Shown here: positions 38,121-48,868 of the stretch, piece by piece
How the letters are laid out: the number at the start of each line of letters is the position of its first letter
How positions within the stretch are numbered: position 1 is the stretch's first letter
Assembly: GCA_019057385.1 (NCBI GenBank)
Contig: JAHQJS010000004.1
Location: 884,727 to 948,726, forward strand
Direction of reading: 5' to 3'
From: Candidatus Borrarchaeum weybense
GTDB taxonomy: Archaea; Asgardarchaeota; Sifarchaeia; Borrarchaeales; Borrarchaeaceae
Length of the DNA: 64,000 nucleotides
Program-made: the position numbers and the translations under genes
The notes under the pieces: model-generated
Databases searched by the model: none
The model's input: the letters and a program-made list of their open reading frames with translations, nothing else
What the model was told of the DNA's origin: nothing

Positions 38121-38516
38121 TCATTCCACATGATAGACCATACCCTGACATGATGCAATCAGTTTATCATTCTCTTGATTCTTAACATTAACTTGATAAA
38201 CTGCAATTCTTTTGCCAAAATGTATTTGTTTTGCTTCTGCTTCGAGCAAATCCCCTAGTTTGGAAGGTCTATGATAATTTATATTCATCTGGATTGCTAC
38301 TGCAGTTATTCCTTGAGAATTGGAAGCTAGTGCGAAGGCTTGGTCTGCTAAAGAAAAAATTGCACCTCCATGGGCAACTCCATGAAAATTCAAATGATTT
38401 TCAGCTATCTGCATTTGAATTTTTGCATATCCTTCCGCAAGTTGATTAATTTGAACATCTAAAAATTTTGAAAACGGATCAAAACGTTTTCTTAAATTGT
38501 CAATATGATCTGACAC
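38121..38516 (-). CDS. PaaI-family hotdog thioesterase
   Basis: HLNFHGVAHGGAIFSLADQAFA motif. Confidence 0.9.
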   Translation of the reverse strand: MSDHIDNLRKRFDPFSKFLDVQINQLAEGYAKIQMQIAENHLNFHGVAHGGAIFSLADQAFALASNSQGITAVAIQMNINYHRPSKLGDLLEAEAKQIHFGKRIAVYQVNVKNQENDKLIASCQGMVYHVE

Positions 38517-38610
38517 AAAACCACCCTTTCAATCATATGAATTATTCATATCTTTGAAAACACATTTCTGGTTTCTTTAGGAAACATAAGAGGTTCTCTT
38601 ATATCTATAG

Positions 38611-38658
38611 GTGAGAACTACCCCCCAACAAGTTGGGGTGTCTTCTTGCGAAGAAATG
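38611..38658 (-). mobile_element. 48-bp IS200/IS605 mini-element
   Basis: TTTAT|CATTTCTTCGCAAGAAG (same left end as the 6704 element), one hairpin and GGTAGTTCTCAC. Confidence 0.75.
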
Positions 38659-38744
38659 ATAAAACAATTAAAAGGGAAAAAGGAAGCCTGTTTAAAAAAA
38701 TCAGGCAACATTAATTTTTGAAATAATTCACGGCTTGTTATATA

Positions 38745-39269
38745 TTAATATCTTCGTCGTCGGTTATATCCGCCGCCGCCGCCGCCACCGCTGTAGCCAC
38801 CGCCACCACGGTTATATCCGCCGCCACTACGTGGTCGACCGCCGCCGCGTCTAAATCTAGGAGGTTGCTCAAAAAACCTATCTGAGAGGTTATTATCTGT
38901 ATTTGCTGTGATATCCTCTTCTGTCTCTTCAATAGAACCATATCTACCGATATTAAGCCGTAAACTGTTTTTGAACACATTACAGTAACCATTTGAAATC
39001 TTGAGTGCGCTATCAACGCTTACTCGGTCAATATCATCGTTCCAAAGTGTTAAGAAAATGACTCCTGTGTCGTCACCGACTAAAGCTTCAGTTACTCTAT
39101 TGACTGATCCATCTTTTCTACTTGTTACTTCTCGTGCTTCGTTCAATTCAACAACTTTTACTTTGACGTTGACCTTGCGACTTCGCGGGCCAAGGTCTGA
39201 AACAGACATCATAATTTCTTCTGATTCTTCTGTTTCTTCTCGTTCTTCATCCATGGACATTTTATTCAC
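38745..39269 (-). CDS. ssb: Single-OB-fold ssDNA-binding protein with an RGG/YGG-rich tail
   Basis: VGDDTGVIFLTLWN and LRLNIGRYG; acidic N-terminus and Gly/Arg/Tyr C-terminal tail. Confidence 0.88.
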   Translation of the reverse strand: MNKMSMDEEREETEESEEIMMSVSDLGPRSRKVNVKVKVVELNEAREVTSRKDGSVNRVTEALVGDDTGVIFLTLWNDDIDRVSVDSALKISNGYCNVFKNSLRLNIGRYGSIEETEEDITANTDNNLSDRFFEQPPRFRRGGGRPRSGGGYNRGGGGYSGGGGGGGYNRRRRY

Positions 39270-39511
39270 CTAAACTATTAAAACTTACAAAAAAAGACAA
39301 ACTTACTTAAAACTCACCAACTAGTCCTGTAAATTCCTTTTTCTGTATTCTTTTCATGGCATCGAATTTTTTCTTTTGCAAAAAAAAGAGTTTCCGATGT
39401 ACATGGTTTTGTAAAATGGCAAGCCTGAGGCTTTTAAGTTTTTCTATTATGAACATAATCTATTTAGACATTTGAAGAATTGTTTTACTTCAATATTTTT
39501 GAACTCTTAAT

Positions 39512-40369
39512 TCAGTGCTCAGTGGAATGATGTTCCCATATCAAATCAAAGAAAAGTTTTAATGCTTGTACCAGATTCGTATTTTCCGAAATAGCAGCCT
39601 CACGCATCCAAAGTGGAATTCCTATTTCTTCTGCGAGAAAGATTGCAGTACCTTCTTTGCTTGGATCGATTAACGCTCCTCTCAGGGGAACCGAATAGGC
39701 GAATCTGATAGTAATTTTATCCTCAAAACTTGAGGAGAGAAGTGTTATTATGCTTTGTTGGATTGCTTGAGATTCATTACTCAGTTTGTTCGGATCTAAT
39801 AGTAAGATTTTTACTTGAACTCCTTTTTCTATCTTTTTTGCTAAATCATCTATAATCTTAGGTAGATATTCTAGCACTTTCGAGATAATATAGATTTCTT
39901 TTTTTGCCCTTCTAATAGCAGAAATAGTTTCTGTTTCTGATGCCAACCCGATTTTGACTATTCGCAACAGTTTCTGTCGTTTTTCAACTAATCCCTTTTC
40001 ATAAATGGGTGTCAAAGTTTTTGTAAATTCTTTTGCTGTCTTTCTCAGTTCTCTCATGTCTTTATCAAATGTTTTCTGCTTGTATTCAAGCAGATTATCC
40101 ATTATTCGCTTAGGTGACAATGCAGTATAGGCGACAGGACGACCTGTTCGTTCTTGGATGATACCCTTAGTAGCAAGTTCATTAAGAGTTTCATAGATTT
40201 TTGTGCTTGGAATTCCAGTAATCTCTTTCATTTGTTTAGCTGTCCCCTCCCCGAGCGGAAGAAGATAACTTAGAAGTATTGCCTGATATTCTGTGAATCC
40301 CAGACTTAATAACCATTTCTTAGCTTTCTCTGTTTCCTCTTCATATTCTTCAAGAGACATCAAAGACAC
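39512..40369 (-). CDS. TrmB-family transcriptional regulator
   Basis: LGFTEYQA..., TGIPSTKIYETL..L..KG and GRP..Y; PLD-like effector domain. Confidence 0.9.
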   Translation of the reverse strand: MSLMSLEEYEEETEKAKKWLLSLGFTEYQAILLSYLLPLGEGTAKQMKEITGIPSTKIYETLNELATKGIIQERTGRPVAYTALSPKRIMDNLLEYKQKTFDKDMRELRKTAKEFTKTLTPIYEKGLVEKRQKLLRIVKIGLASETETISAIRRAKKEIYIISKVLEYLPKIIDDLAKKIEKGVQVKILLLDPNKLSNESQAIQQSIITLLSSSFEDKITIRFAYSVPLRGALIDPSKEGTAIFLAEEIGIPLWMREAAISENTNLVQALKLFFDLIWEHHSTEH

Positions 40370-40510
40370 CTAAAAATTCATAGTTAGAAAATTAATGCCA
40401 TTTTATGCCTTATTTACTTTATTATAGAGTAACTTTTATATTCCAATTGGACTTTAAGAAAAAGTAATAATTTTGCTTATTAGAAAATTAGGCAATTTTA
40501 AGGTGATTTC

Positions 40511-41788
40511 TTGATGGATAAGAAAAGAACAGCGGTGATTGGCATTGACGGAGCCCCTTATAGACTGATGAATGATTTATCCGATAAAGACGTAATGCCA
40601 AACTTCAAAGAGTTGCAGAAAAACGGTAGTTTCTTTAAAATGCAAAGTTCTATTCCAGAACTTTCATCAGTATCTTGGAGTTCTATCATTACTGGAAATA
40701 ATCCTGGAATACATGGGATTTTCGGATTCACTGATTTCATAGAAGGAACATATTCTTTGTGTTTTCCAAATTTTCTGAACCTAAAATCCAAAGCTTTTTG
40801 GCAAAGAGATTCTAGAAAATACATAATTATTAATGTTCCAAGTACATATCCTGCACAGGAAATAAATGGTTTTTTAGTTTCTGGATTTGTTGCATTAGAT
40901 TTAGATAAGGCTGTTTATCCGTCAAGATTTGTTAGCACTTTGAAGAAATTAGGATATAGAATAGATGTTGATGCACAAAAGGGACATGAATCTAAGCCAT
41001 TGTTTCTTAAGGATTTGTTTGAAACACATAAAAACCGTATAAAGACATATCGTTATTTTTGGGATAAAGCAGGAATTGATTGGGATGTATTCATGTTTGT
41101 ATTCACAGGAAGTGATCGACTTGGTCATTTCCTTTGGGATGCGTATGAAGATCCAAATCATGAATATCACTCAGAATTCTTGAGGTATTTTGAACTCATT
41201 GATGAGGAAATTGGTTACATAAAAAGCAAATTGAGAGAAGATGACGCTCTAATCATGCTGTCTGATCATGGGATGGAATCTGTTAAAACAAATGTAAATA
41301 TCAACAGATATCTTACCGAAGAGGGATTTTGCTCATTAGACAAAGATCCGAAAAAAAATTATAACAATGTTAGAGAAGGTACAAAGGCATTTGCTTTGGA
41401 TCCTGCAAGAATCTATTTACACAAAAAAGGTAGATTTCCTAGGGGTCATATTAAGACGAATGAGGAAGTTAAGTTAAAAGAGGAACTGATTGATTCGTTT
41501 TCAAGGCTGAAAATGAATGGGATGCCTGTTATAAAAAAAATATTTGACAAAGAAGAGATTTATCATGGTTCCTATGTAGAAAAAGCCCCTGATCTCATTT
41601 TATTGCCGAATTCTGGCTTTAATCTTAAGGGTAGTGTGTTCAAGAAAGAGATATTTGACAAGGATATTTTCACTGGAAAACACACCCAAGAAGATGCATT
41701 TCTTTATGTTAGAGGCGAAGCAGATCTACCAGATAGTCTAAATGTAGAACATGTTATGAACCTGATTATAGGACGTGATTCAAATTAA
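40511..41788 (+). CDS. Alkaline phosphatase superfamily (type I phosphodiesterase/sulfatase-like) protein
   Basis: IGIDGA, SWSSIITG.NPG.HG, DRLGH, SDHG and TGKH motifs. Confidence 0.88.
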   Translation: MMDKKRTAVIGIDGAPYRLMNDLSDKDVMPNFKELQKNGSFFKMQSSIPELSSVSWSSIITGNNPGIHGIFGFTDFIEGTYSLCFPNFLNLKSKAFWQRDSRKYIIINVPSTYPAQEINGFLVSGFVALDLDKAVYPSRFVSTLKKLGYRIDVDAQKGHESKPLFLKDLFETHKNRIKTYRYFWDKAGIDWDVFMFVFTGSDRLGHFLWDAYEDPNHEYHSEFLRYFELIDEEIGYIKSKLREDDALIMLSDHGMESVKTNVNINRYLTEEGFCSLDKDPKKNYNNVREGTKAFALDPARIYLHKKGRFPRGHIKTNEEVKLKEELIDSFSRLKMNGMPVIKKIFDKEEIYHGSYVEKAPDLILLPNSGFNLKGSVFKKEIFDKDIFTGKHTQEDAFLYVRGEADLPDSLNVEHVMNLIIGRDSN

Positions 41789-43352
41789 AGCATATAATGT
41801 AAATAAAACATGCTGGAATTGCCCTGCGGCAATATTCAAAGGTAATGTTGATTTTAGAGCATGTGGACAATCTATGGAGAAAGTAAAGGAATTAAAAGAT
41901 CCCGAATATGTTATCATGATTGAATGTGCTCGGAGACCTGAATTGGGACATTTTGAACCCACCATAAGTTTTGAACAATGCACAGAATGGGAATATCGGG
42001 AAGAAATAAATTGTTATCTTTTGAAAGATATGCGTGTTATGATTTTAGGAATCGATGGATATTTAGGATGGACATTAGCACTAAGACTAGGAAGATTAGG
42101 ATGCAAAATTAGTGGGATCGATAATTATTTCCGCAGAGATTGTGTAAAAGAAAAAGGTGCGCTTTCGATTGTTCCTATTGCATCAATAGATGAACGTCTC
42201 CAGACTGCCCAAGAAGTACTTGGGATTGACATCACGTTTCGGGAGATTGATATCTTAGATCGTCAAAAACTGGGTGAATTCCTAAAAGAAATGAAACCAG
42301 AAGCGATCGTTCACTACGCAGAATGTCCAAGTGCACCATATAGTATGGTAGATTGTGATCATGCTATTAAGGTTCAATATAATAATGTTATTGGTACGCT
42401 TGGTCTGCTTTTTTTGATGAAGGAGATGGTTCCGGAAACGTCTTTAATCAAACTTGGTACCCTTGGCGAATTTGGTTCACCTTTGACTGGAAGACCGCTC
42501 TTTGAAGGTATCTTCCCTGCAGATGCCGTATTGAATTATGGAGGTAGAGAATGGAGCCTTGGTGGTGAATTGACTCCTCGCGATCCCGTAAGCTTTTATC
42601 ATGTATCTAAAGTCCAAGATACCTTCAATGTTTATGAAGCATGTAAATATTGGTGGCTTCGATCCTATGATGTTATGCAAGGTGTTATATATGGGGTTCA
42701 CACTGATGAAATAGCAGCAGATCAACGACTTCGAACTCGCTTAGACGCTGATGAATGGTTCGGGACAGTGGTGAATCGTTTCGTCATTCAAGGTATACTG
42801 GGACTTCCGTTAACCGTATATGGACAGGGTGAACAAATTCGAGGGTTTATTGCTCTTGATGATGCGATGCAATGTATGGTGCGCTTAATTGCATCACCAC
42901 CAGAACCCGGGCAATATGACGTAGTAAATCAAGTGTCTGGGCTCTATAAAATCAAAAAATTGGCAGACACTGTTGCAAAAGTTGGAAATGAAAGATTTGG
43001 CTTAAATGTAAGGATTCAGAGAGTAGAAAATCCACGTGTAGAAGCAGATTTTCATCCCTTCGAAGTAATTTCTAAAAAACTTCCCAAGACATTTGGCTTT
43101 GCACCAAAACTGAGCCTCGAAGAAGAAATTACAAATATGTTTACTCTTTTAACTCAACCTCACATCAAAAAACGAATTGAAGAGACAGCTCACGTGTTTT
43201 GGCCAGTAACTCGGTGGGATGGCGAAAAACGAGAGTCAGAAGTGATTGAAGTCTATGCACCAGGCACAAAGCAAAATGGGGGTTTCCAACCACAACTTGA
43301 TACAGGGAAAGAACTAGTGGTAAAAGAGACTCAAAAAAGAGTCAAGCAGTAA
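41775..43352 (+). CDS. sqdB: UDP-sulfoquinovose synthase (SqdB/Agl3-like) with a Cys-rich N-terminal extension
   Basis: LGIDGYLGW, PSAPYSM, KLGTLGEFG, YHVSK, MQGVIYG, FGTVVNRF and ENPRVE motifs. Confidence 0.88.
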   Translation: MIQIKAYNVNKTCWNCPAAIFKGNVDFRACGQSMEKVKELKDPEYVIMIECARRPELGHFEPTISFEQCTEWEYREEINCYLLKDMRVMILGIDGYLGWTLALRLGRLGCKISGIDNYFRRDCVKEKGALSIVPIASIDERLQTAQEVLGIDITFREIDILDRQKLGEFLKEMKPEAIVHYAECPSAPYSMVDCDHAIKVQYNNVIGTLGLLFLMKEMVPETSLIKLGTLGEFGSPLTGRPLFEGIFPADAVLNYGGREWSLGGELTPRDPVSFYHVSKVQDTFNVYEACKYWWLRSYDVMQGVIYGVHTDEIAADQRLRTRLDADEWFGTVVNRFVIQGILGLPLTVYGQGEQIRGFIALDDAMQCMVRLIASPPEPGQYDVVNQVSGLYKIKKLADTVAKVGNERFGLNVRIQRVENPRVEADFHPFEVISKKLPKTFGFAPKLSLEEEITNMFTLLTQPHIKKRIEETAHVFWPVTRWDGEKRESEVIEVYAPGTKQNGGFQPQLDTGKELVVKETQKRVKQ

Positions 43353-43383
43353 ACTGCGAGTCTAACGGTGGTGCAGAGGATAT

Positions 43384-43695
43384 ATGGAATTTACTGCGAA
43401 GGATTTTGAAAAAGAAGTTCTTAAGTCTGATATTCCCGTTTTAGTGGATTTTTGGGCTAGTTGGTGTCCTCCCTGCAAAGTAGTCGAGCCAATCATAGAA
43501 GAATTAGCTCAGGAATATCTGGGTAAAGCAAAAATCGGCAAACTCAATGTGGACAGAAATCCTGGCCTAGGTGCAAAATATGAGATTACAGGGGTTCCTA
43601 CGTTTATAATTTTTAAAGATGGTAAGATAAAAGATCGAGCTATAGCTGCAAAGTCCAAAGCTGAATTGAAAAAGATGATTGAAAAGTTTTTATAA
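43384..43695 (+). CDS. trxA: Thioredoxin
   Basis: VDFWASWCPPCK motif. Confidence 0.95.
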   Translation: MEFTAKDFEKEVLKSDIPVLVDFWASWCPPCKVVEPIIEELAQEYLGKAKIGKLNVDRNPGLGAKYEITGVPTFIIFKDGKIKDRAIAAKSKAELKKMIEKFL

Positions 43696-43828
43696 AACTC
43701 AAGTTAGACTCCTTTTGAAGTTTAGCGACGAATACACACTAAGTTGCAAAAATAAAAAAGTGAAAACTTTCTCACCATTCTAAGAAATAACAGCTTCAAC
43801 ATTTTTCAGATCGGGCAAGGCGAGTTAT

Positions 43829-45802
43829 TTGAATATGTTTAAATTATCTACAGATCTTGAACCAAAAGGAGATCAGCCAAAAGTTATTCAACAACTTGTA
43901 GATGGTATACAAAAAAGAGAACTAAAACATCAGACATTACTAGGAGTAACTGGTTCCGGAAAAACATTCGCTATGGCTCAGATTATCGAAAAGACGCAAA
44001 AACCAACGCTCGTTATCAGCCACAATAAGACATTAGCTGCACAGTTGTATTCTGAATTCAAGGCATTTTTTCCAGAAAATGCAGTGGAATATTTTGTTAG
44101 TTATTATGATTATTATCAGCCAGAAGCCTATATGCCTCAAACTGACACTTATGTAGCAAAAGATGCGTCAATAAACGAACGCATAGAAAAGATGCGCTTA
44201 TCTGCAACGAGTTCTTTACTCGAACGGCAAGATGTCGTAGTCGTAGCCAGCGTCTCATGTATTTATTCTATTGGTGATCCTCAAGACACTACAGGTCTTA
44301 CGCTCTATCTCAAAGCAGGTGAAAAAAGGGATCGTGACAGCGTTTTGAAATCTTTTGTTGACATCCAATATGAACGAAATGATTTGGACTTTGCGAGAGG
44401 CAGATTCAGGGTAAGAGGGGATGTTGTCGAGGTTTTTCCAGCCTATGACGATTCGGCGTTAAGACTCGAATGGTTCGGGGACGAGATTGAGAACATTTCA
44501 GAGATTGACCCGTTGACAGGAAAAACTAAAATGAAAAAACCAGTAGCTGTGATTTACCCGGCAAAACACTTCGTCTTCACTCAATCCCGGATCGATCAGA
44601 CTATTGAATTAATAGAGACAGAACTTGAGGAACGCCTCGCTGAATTGAAAAAAGAAGAAAACCTGTTGTATGCACAAAGGCTTGAACAAAGAACACGTTA
44701 TGATTTGGAAATGATAAAAGAGGTAGGATATTGCTCAGGAATTGAGAACTACTCCCGGTATTTTGACAATCGACAACCTGGTCAAAAACCATATGTATTG
44801 TTGGATTATTTCCCACAAGATTTTCTCATGTTTATAGACGAATCACATGTAACTATACCTCAAGTAAGAGGCATGTATGGCGGAGATTTGTCGAGAAAGA
44901 AAAATCTTGTCAAGTATGGATTCAGATTACCAAGTAGTTTTGACAACAGACCTTTAAGATTTGAAGAATTCGAGCAACATATGGATCGAAGTAGGGTGAT
45001 TTTCGTATCTGCTACACCGGCTACTTATGAACTAAATAATAGTGAACAAATCGCAGAAATGATAGTCCGGCCTACTGGATTGATTGACCCAGAGGTAATT
45101 GTAAAGTCAACCGAAAATCAGATAGATGATCTAATTTCTCTGATAAGACTACAGGCGGAACACAGAGAACGTACATTGGTAACAACATTAACAAAGCGAA
45201 TGGCTGAAGATCTAACTGATTATCTATTGAACGTCGGGCTCAGGGTACGATATCTTCACAGTGACATTGAAACGCTAGAACGCGTGGAAATTTTGAGAGA
45301 TCTGCGTCTAGGGAAGTTTGATACACTTATTGGCATCAACTTACTGCGAGAAGGGTTAGATCTTCCCGAAGTCTCCCTCGTCGCCATTCTCGATGCTGAT
45401 AAAGAGGGTTTCTTACGTTCTGAAACAAGTCTAATTCAAACAATTGGGCGAGCCTCCAGAAACGTGAGTGGGCGCGTTATTCTTTATGCAGACGAGATTA
45501 CTGAATCAATGAGAAGAGCACTCGATGAAACCGAAAGAAGACGCCTTCTACAGCTAAAATATAATGAAGAACATGGAATTACACCCGTAACGATCTCTAA
45601 AGGAATTAGAGCTCCAATATCCGAAACGACTAAAACAGAGATTGAATTAGATTCTATATTGTCTGAATCTCCTGAAGATCTCAAATTTCAACTCTCACAA
45701 CTCGAAACTGAAATGAAAAACGCTGCAGATAACCTCGAATTTGAGAAGGCTGCAGTTATCCGTGACAAAATATTTGAATTGAGAAAGCTTTTAATTCCGT
45801 GA
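43829..45802 (+). CDS. uvrB: Excinuclease ABC subunit B
   Basis: [25 protein letters not shown] and [10 protein letters not shown] motifs; C-terminal UVR domain. Confidence 0.97.
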   Translation: MNMFKLSTDLEPKGDQPKVIQQLVDGIQKRELKHQTLLGVTGSGKTFAMAQIIEKTQKPTLVISHNKTLAAQLYSEFKAFFPENAVEYFVSYYDYYQPEAYMPQTDTYVAKDASINERIEKMRLSATSSLLERQDVVVVASVSCIYSIGDPQDTTGLTLYLKAGEKRDRDSVLKSFVDIQYERNDLDFARGRFRVRGDVVEVFPAYDDSALRLEWFGDEIENISEIDPLTGKTKMKKPVAVIYPAKHFVFTQSRIDQTIELIETELEERLAELKKEENLLYAQRLEQRTRYDLEMIKEVGYCSGIENYSRYFDNRQPGQKPYVLLDYFPQDFLMFIDESHVTIPQVRGMYGGDLSRKKNLVKYGFRLPSSFDNRPLRFEEFEQHMDRSRVIFVSATPATYELNNSEQIAEMIVRPTGLIDPEVIVKSTENQIDDLISLIRLQAEHRERTLVTTLTKRMAEDLTDYLLNVGLRVRYLHSDIETLERVEILRDLRLGKFDTLIGINLLREGLDLPEVSLVAILDADKEGFLRSETSLIQTIGRASRNVSGRVILYADEITESMRRALDETERRRLLQLKYNEEHGITPVTISKGIRAPISETTKTEIELDSILSESPEDLKFQLSQLETEMKNAADNLEFEKAAVIRDKIFELRKLLIP

Positions 45803-45803
45803 T

Positions 45804-46538
45804 CTAACTCTCAACCTCTATTATCTGGAATATATCTTCTGGGAGCTCTAATCTTTCAATTTCCCCCCATCGATTAACCATCTCAATGCCTAATTTTCTT
45901 GATGTTTCGAGAGCTTCGATCTTATTAACTCGGTAAAAACCAGTTTTGACGTGATCAAAGAATGTCTGATATATCTTTTTCAAATCACTTTTCTTGATCT
46001 CTTGAAGGTCTTCATCTTGAAAAGTAGTAGCAATTAGACTATTTGTCTTATCCAAAAACACAAATTTCTCATATATTGGATCCACATTTCTTAAGTTATG
46101 CAAAATCTTGCTCAAGATAGGATTAACTCTTTTGCTCGCTAAAAACGTAATTAATGTTGAATTCACTCTTTTATTTGCTGGAATATTTCTCGTCTTAAAA
46201 TGGAAGATATATTCGTTAATGAGCTGCTCGTAGAATAGTTTAATGTCCTTTTTCAACTTTAGCTCTTCCACAAAACCCGACTTTTTCCCCTTTGTTTTAA
46301 ATTCTATTGAAATGCCATCCGTAAAAATTACTTTTGAGCCTTCCGTTCCTCTATGGGCAAGATCCTCATCAAAATAAGAAAGTACTGCGTGAATTTCTTT
46401 ATTATCAGCACTCCTATGAAGGAATATTCCGGAATATAGATCGCTACTCTTGCGTAGAAGTTGTTCTTTCCTAAAGCAATATGTAATGTTTTTCTTACAT
46501 ACCTCACAATAATCAATGAATGCATGTTCCTTAGACAT
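45804..46538 (-). CDS. Hypothetical protein with an N-terminal CxxC..H..H domain (GTPase partner, paralog B)
   Basis: Clear paralog of 47372-48052; overlaps the stop of the upstream GTPase. Confidence 0.75.
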   Translation of the reverse strand: MSKEHAFIDYCEVCKKNITYCFRKEQLLRKSSDLYSGIFLHRSADNKEIHAVLSYFDEDLAHRGTEGSKVIFTDGISIEFKTKGKKSGFVEELKLKKDIKLFYEQLINEYIFHFKTRNIPANKRVNSTLITFLASKRVNPILSKILHNLRNVDPIYEKFVFLDKTNSLIATTFQDEDLQEIKKSDLKKIYQTFFDHVKTGFYRVNKIEALETSRKLGIEMVNRWGEIERLELPEDIFQIIEVES

Positions 46539-47100
46539 TTAGTTGTATCACCCTAGCGTAAAGTAAATCAGAAAGAGCAGCAAAAACGTTCTCTATATTT
46601 TCACCAGTTAGCGAACTTGTTTTAAAAAAAATCTCTGCTGACAATTCATTTTTTTTCAAAAATTCTTTGATTTTTGCATCAGTTACCGCCTCTTTGCCAG
46701 CTTTCCCAAGTTTATCCGCCTTTGTGCCAATCACTAAAACTATTGGATTCCCAGCGGTGTTCTTATAGACTAAATCAAACCAATCACTTAAATTGAGCAA
46801 ACTAGATGATCGTGTAAGATCAAAGGCAAATATGACCGCATGAGCCCCTTGGCAATAACTAGGTAAGATGAACCGAAACCTTTTTTCCCCACCAAAATCC
46901 CATACCTGAAGTTTAATGATGATATCTGCATCTACATCTACTTTATTATGGAAAGAATAAAATCCTGCGCCGATCGTGATTTTTGTATCTTTGGCAAACT
47001 TGTTTGTTGCATATCTATTTATGAAAGTCGTTTTCCCGACACCACCTTCCCCTACAACGATCACCTTGAAGATATAACTTGATTTTGGCGGTTCCATCAC
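46531..47100 (-). CDS. Rab/Roc-like small GTPase
   Basis: GEGGVGKT, WDFGGE, TKAD and TSS motifs. Confidence 0.92.
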   Translation of the reverse strand: MMEPPKSSYIFKVIVVGEGGVGKTTFINRYATNKFAKDTKITIGAGFYSFHNKVDVDADIIIKLQVWDFGGEKRFRFILPSYCQGAHAVIFAFDLTRSSSLLNLSDWFDLVYKNTAGNPIVLVIGTKADKLGKAGKEAVTDAKIKEFLKKNELSAEIFFKTSSLTGENIENVFAALSDLLYARVIQLNV

Positions 47101-47371
47101 AAATCGACCATTTTAATACTTAGTAAAATCACTTCACTTTGATACTAGAATATTTGGATAATTTCAAATCTCGTTTTCAACCTTTTTATTAATTCTGGGA
47201 ATTTTTTCAGCAAGTTTGAGAGCATCTTCGAAACTCTCCACTAGCTATTAAAATGATAGAATTAGAGACGTTTTTATTCATGGAAAGCATTTAAGGGCAT
47301 TAATTAAAAAACAAGAATAACAAAAAATAGGATCTCTGGAAGTGTTAGGTGCAAAACCTACAATACTGCAA

Positions 47372-48052
47372 CTAATGAGTAGCTAAGATCTGCAGGACGT
47401 CTTCAGAGAGTCCTAATTTTACAATTTCTCTCCATTGTGTAATGACTTTGAGCCCAGTTTTCCTTGATGCATCAAGAGCATCATTCTCGTTTTCATCCTT
47501 AAAATATTCAATAATCTGCTCAAAGACAGTCTGAAAAGCTTCTTTGAGTTCGTCATAAGTGATTTGACTGATGTCCCTTTTTTGCAAATCGAACGTAATC
47601 TTGTCAGAAACTGTCATAAACGGTTCGTATAATTCAGATTGAGTTTTTAAATCGGCTAAAATTTTATTTAGTGTAGGTTCCACTTTTCTTTTTACTAATA
47701 ACCTCTTATTTTTAAAACTGGAAATATATTCATTAATTAACCATTCGTAAAAGAGTTTGCTTTCTAGTTTATTTACTTCTTCATCTAGATGTTTCTTTTC
47801 GTTCTTTTTCAGATGTTCTAGTGAAACACCATTCGTTAGAATTACTTTTGCCCCCTCTCCTCCTCTATTAGCAAGATTAGTATCGAAGTAAGCAAGCATT
47901 GCATGAATTTCATTATTACTTTTACTTTTGTGAAGAAATACTCCCGAGTATAGACCGCCACCTTTTTGTTCTAGCATTTCCTTTGTAAAATGATGTGTAA
48001 CTGAAGTACCACATTTCTCACAGTACTCAATAAAAGTATAATCGTCAGCCAT
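47372..48052 (-). CDS. Hypothetical protein with an N-terminal CxxC..H..H domain (GTPase partner, paralog A)
   Basis: FIEYCEKC...LYSGVFLH...EIHAMLAYFD; TAATG stop/start overlap with the upstream GTPase. Confidence 0.75.
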   Translation of the reverse strand: MADDYTFIEYCEKCGTSVTHHFTKEMLEQKGGGLYSGVFLHKSKSNNEIHAMLAYFDTNLANRGGEGAKVILTNGVSLEHLKKNEKKHLDEEVNKLESKLFYEWLINEYISSFKNKRLLVKRKVEPTLNKILADLKTQSELYEPFMTVSDKITFDLQKRDISQITYDELKEAFQTVFEQIIEYFKDENENDALDASRKTGLKVITQWREIVKLGLSEDVLQILATH

Positions 48053-48612
48053 TATTGTTTCACCTTGTTGTAGAGTAAATTAGACATTTCGGCAAATACG
48101 TCTTTGACATTTTGCCCTGTTTTCGAACTTGTCTTAAAAAACAAATTTGGTGAAACTTCGTATGTTTTCATGAATTCGACAATTTGTTCATCTTTGATTG
48201 CTTCAAAACCGTTGTCTTCGATTTGATCAGCTTTTGTACCAATGAGGATAAATATCGGGCTATTCTCAGTATTCTCAGTAATTAAATCAAACCATTCACT
48301 CAGATTCCATAAAGTAGTTGCTCTAGTAAGATCAAAAGCAAATATGACCCCGTGAGCCCCGTTGCAATAACTAGGCAGAATAAAGCGGAAACGCTTCTCG
48401 CCACCGAAATCCCACACCTGAAGCTTTACGGAAGTATCTCCATTTACATTATTTTCAAAGGAATGAAAAGAGGCACCAATTGTAATTTTCGTATCTTCAG
48501 AAAAACTGTTTGTAGCATATCGGTTAATGAACGTCGTTTTCCCGACGCCACCTTCTCCAACAACGATGCATTTGAATAAATAGCTATAGCTCATCTGATT
48601 CTTAGCCACCAA
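48052..48612 (-). CDS. Rab/Roc-like small GTPase
   Basis: GEGGVGKT, WDFGGE, TKAD and TSSK motifs. Confidence 0.92.
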   Translation of the reverse strand: MVAKNQMSYSYLFKCIVVGEGGVGKTTFINRYATNSFSEDTKITIGASFHSFENNVNGDTSVKLQVWDFGGEKRFRFILPSYCNGAHGVIFAFDLTRATTLWNLSEWFDLITENTENSPIFILIGTKADQIEDNGFEAIKDEQIVEFMKTYEVSPNLFFKTSSKTGQNVKDVFAEMSNLLYNKVKQ

Positions 48613-48868
48613 TTTAAATCACCCCATTATGCGCAGTAAACTCGATCGTATAATTTAAAAAACAATACTTTCTGTTCCTTTTAAACCTTCAGGTAAAGTT
48701 CTCCGCAAAATGCTTTATCGTTTTTGTCGAGAAGGAGAGTTCAGTATTCAATAAATTCTCCGCAATGGTTGCTTCTAAAAGGCATTTCGAAGTTGTTCAT
48801 GTCCCAATTTGAAAAGAAGTAATTTTTAACTAAATTACTGAGTAATCTTGAGTTGATTCATAAAACTA

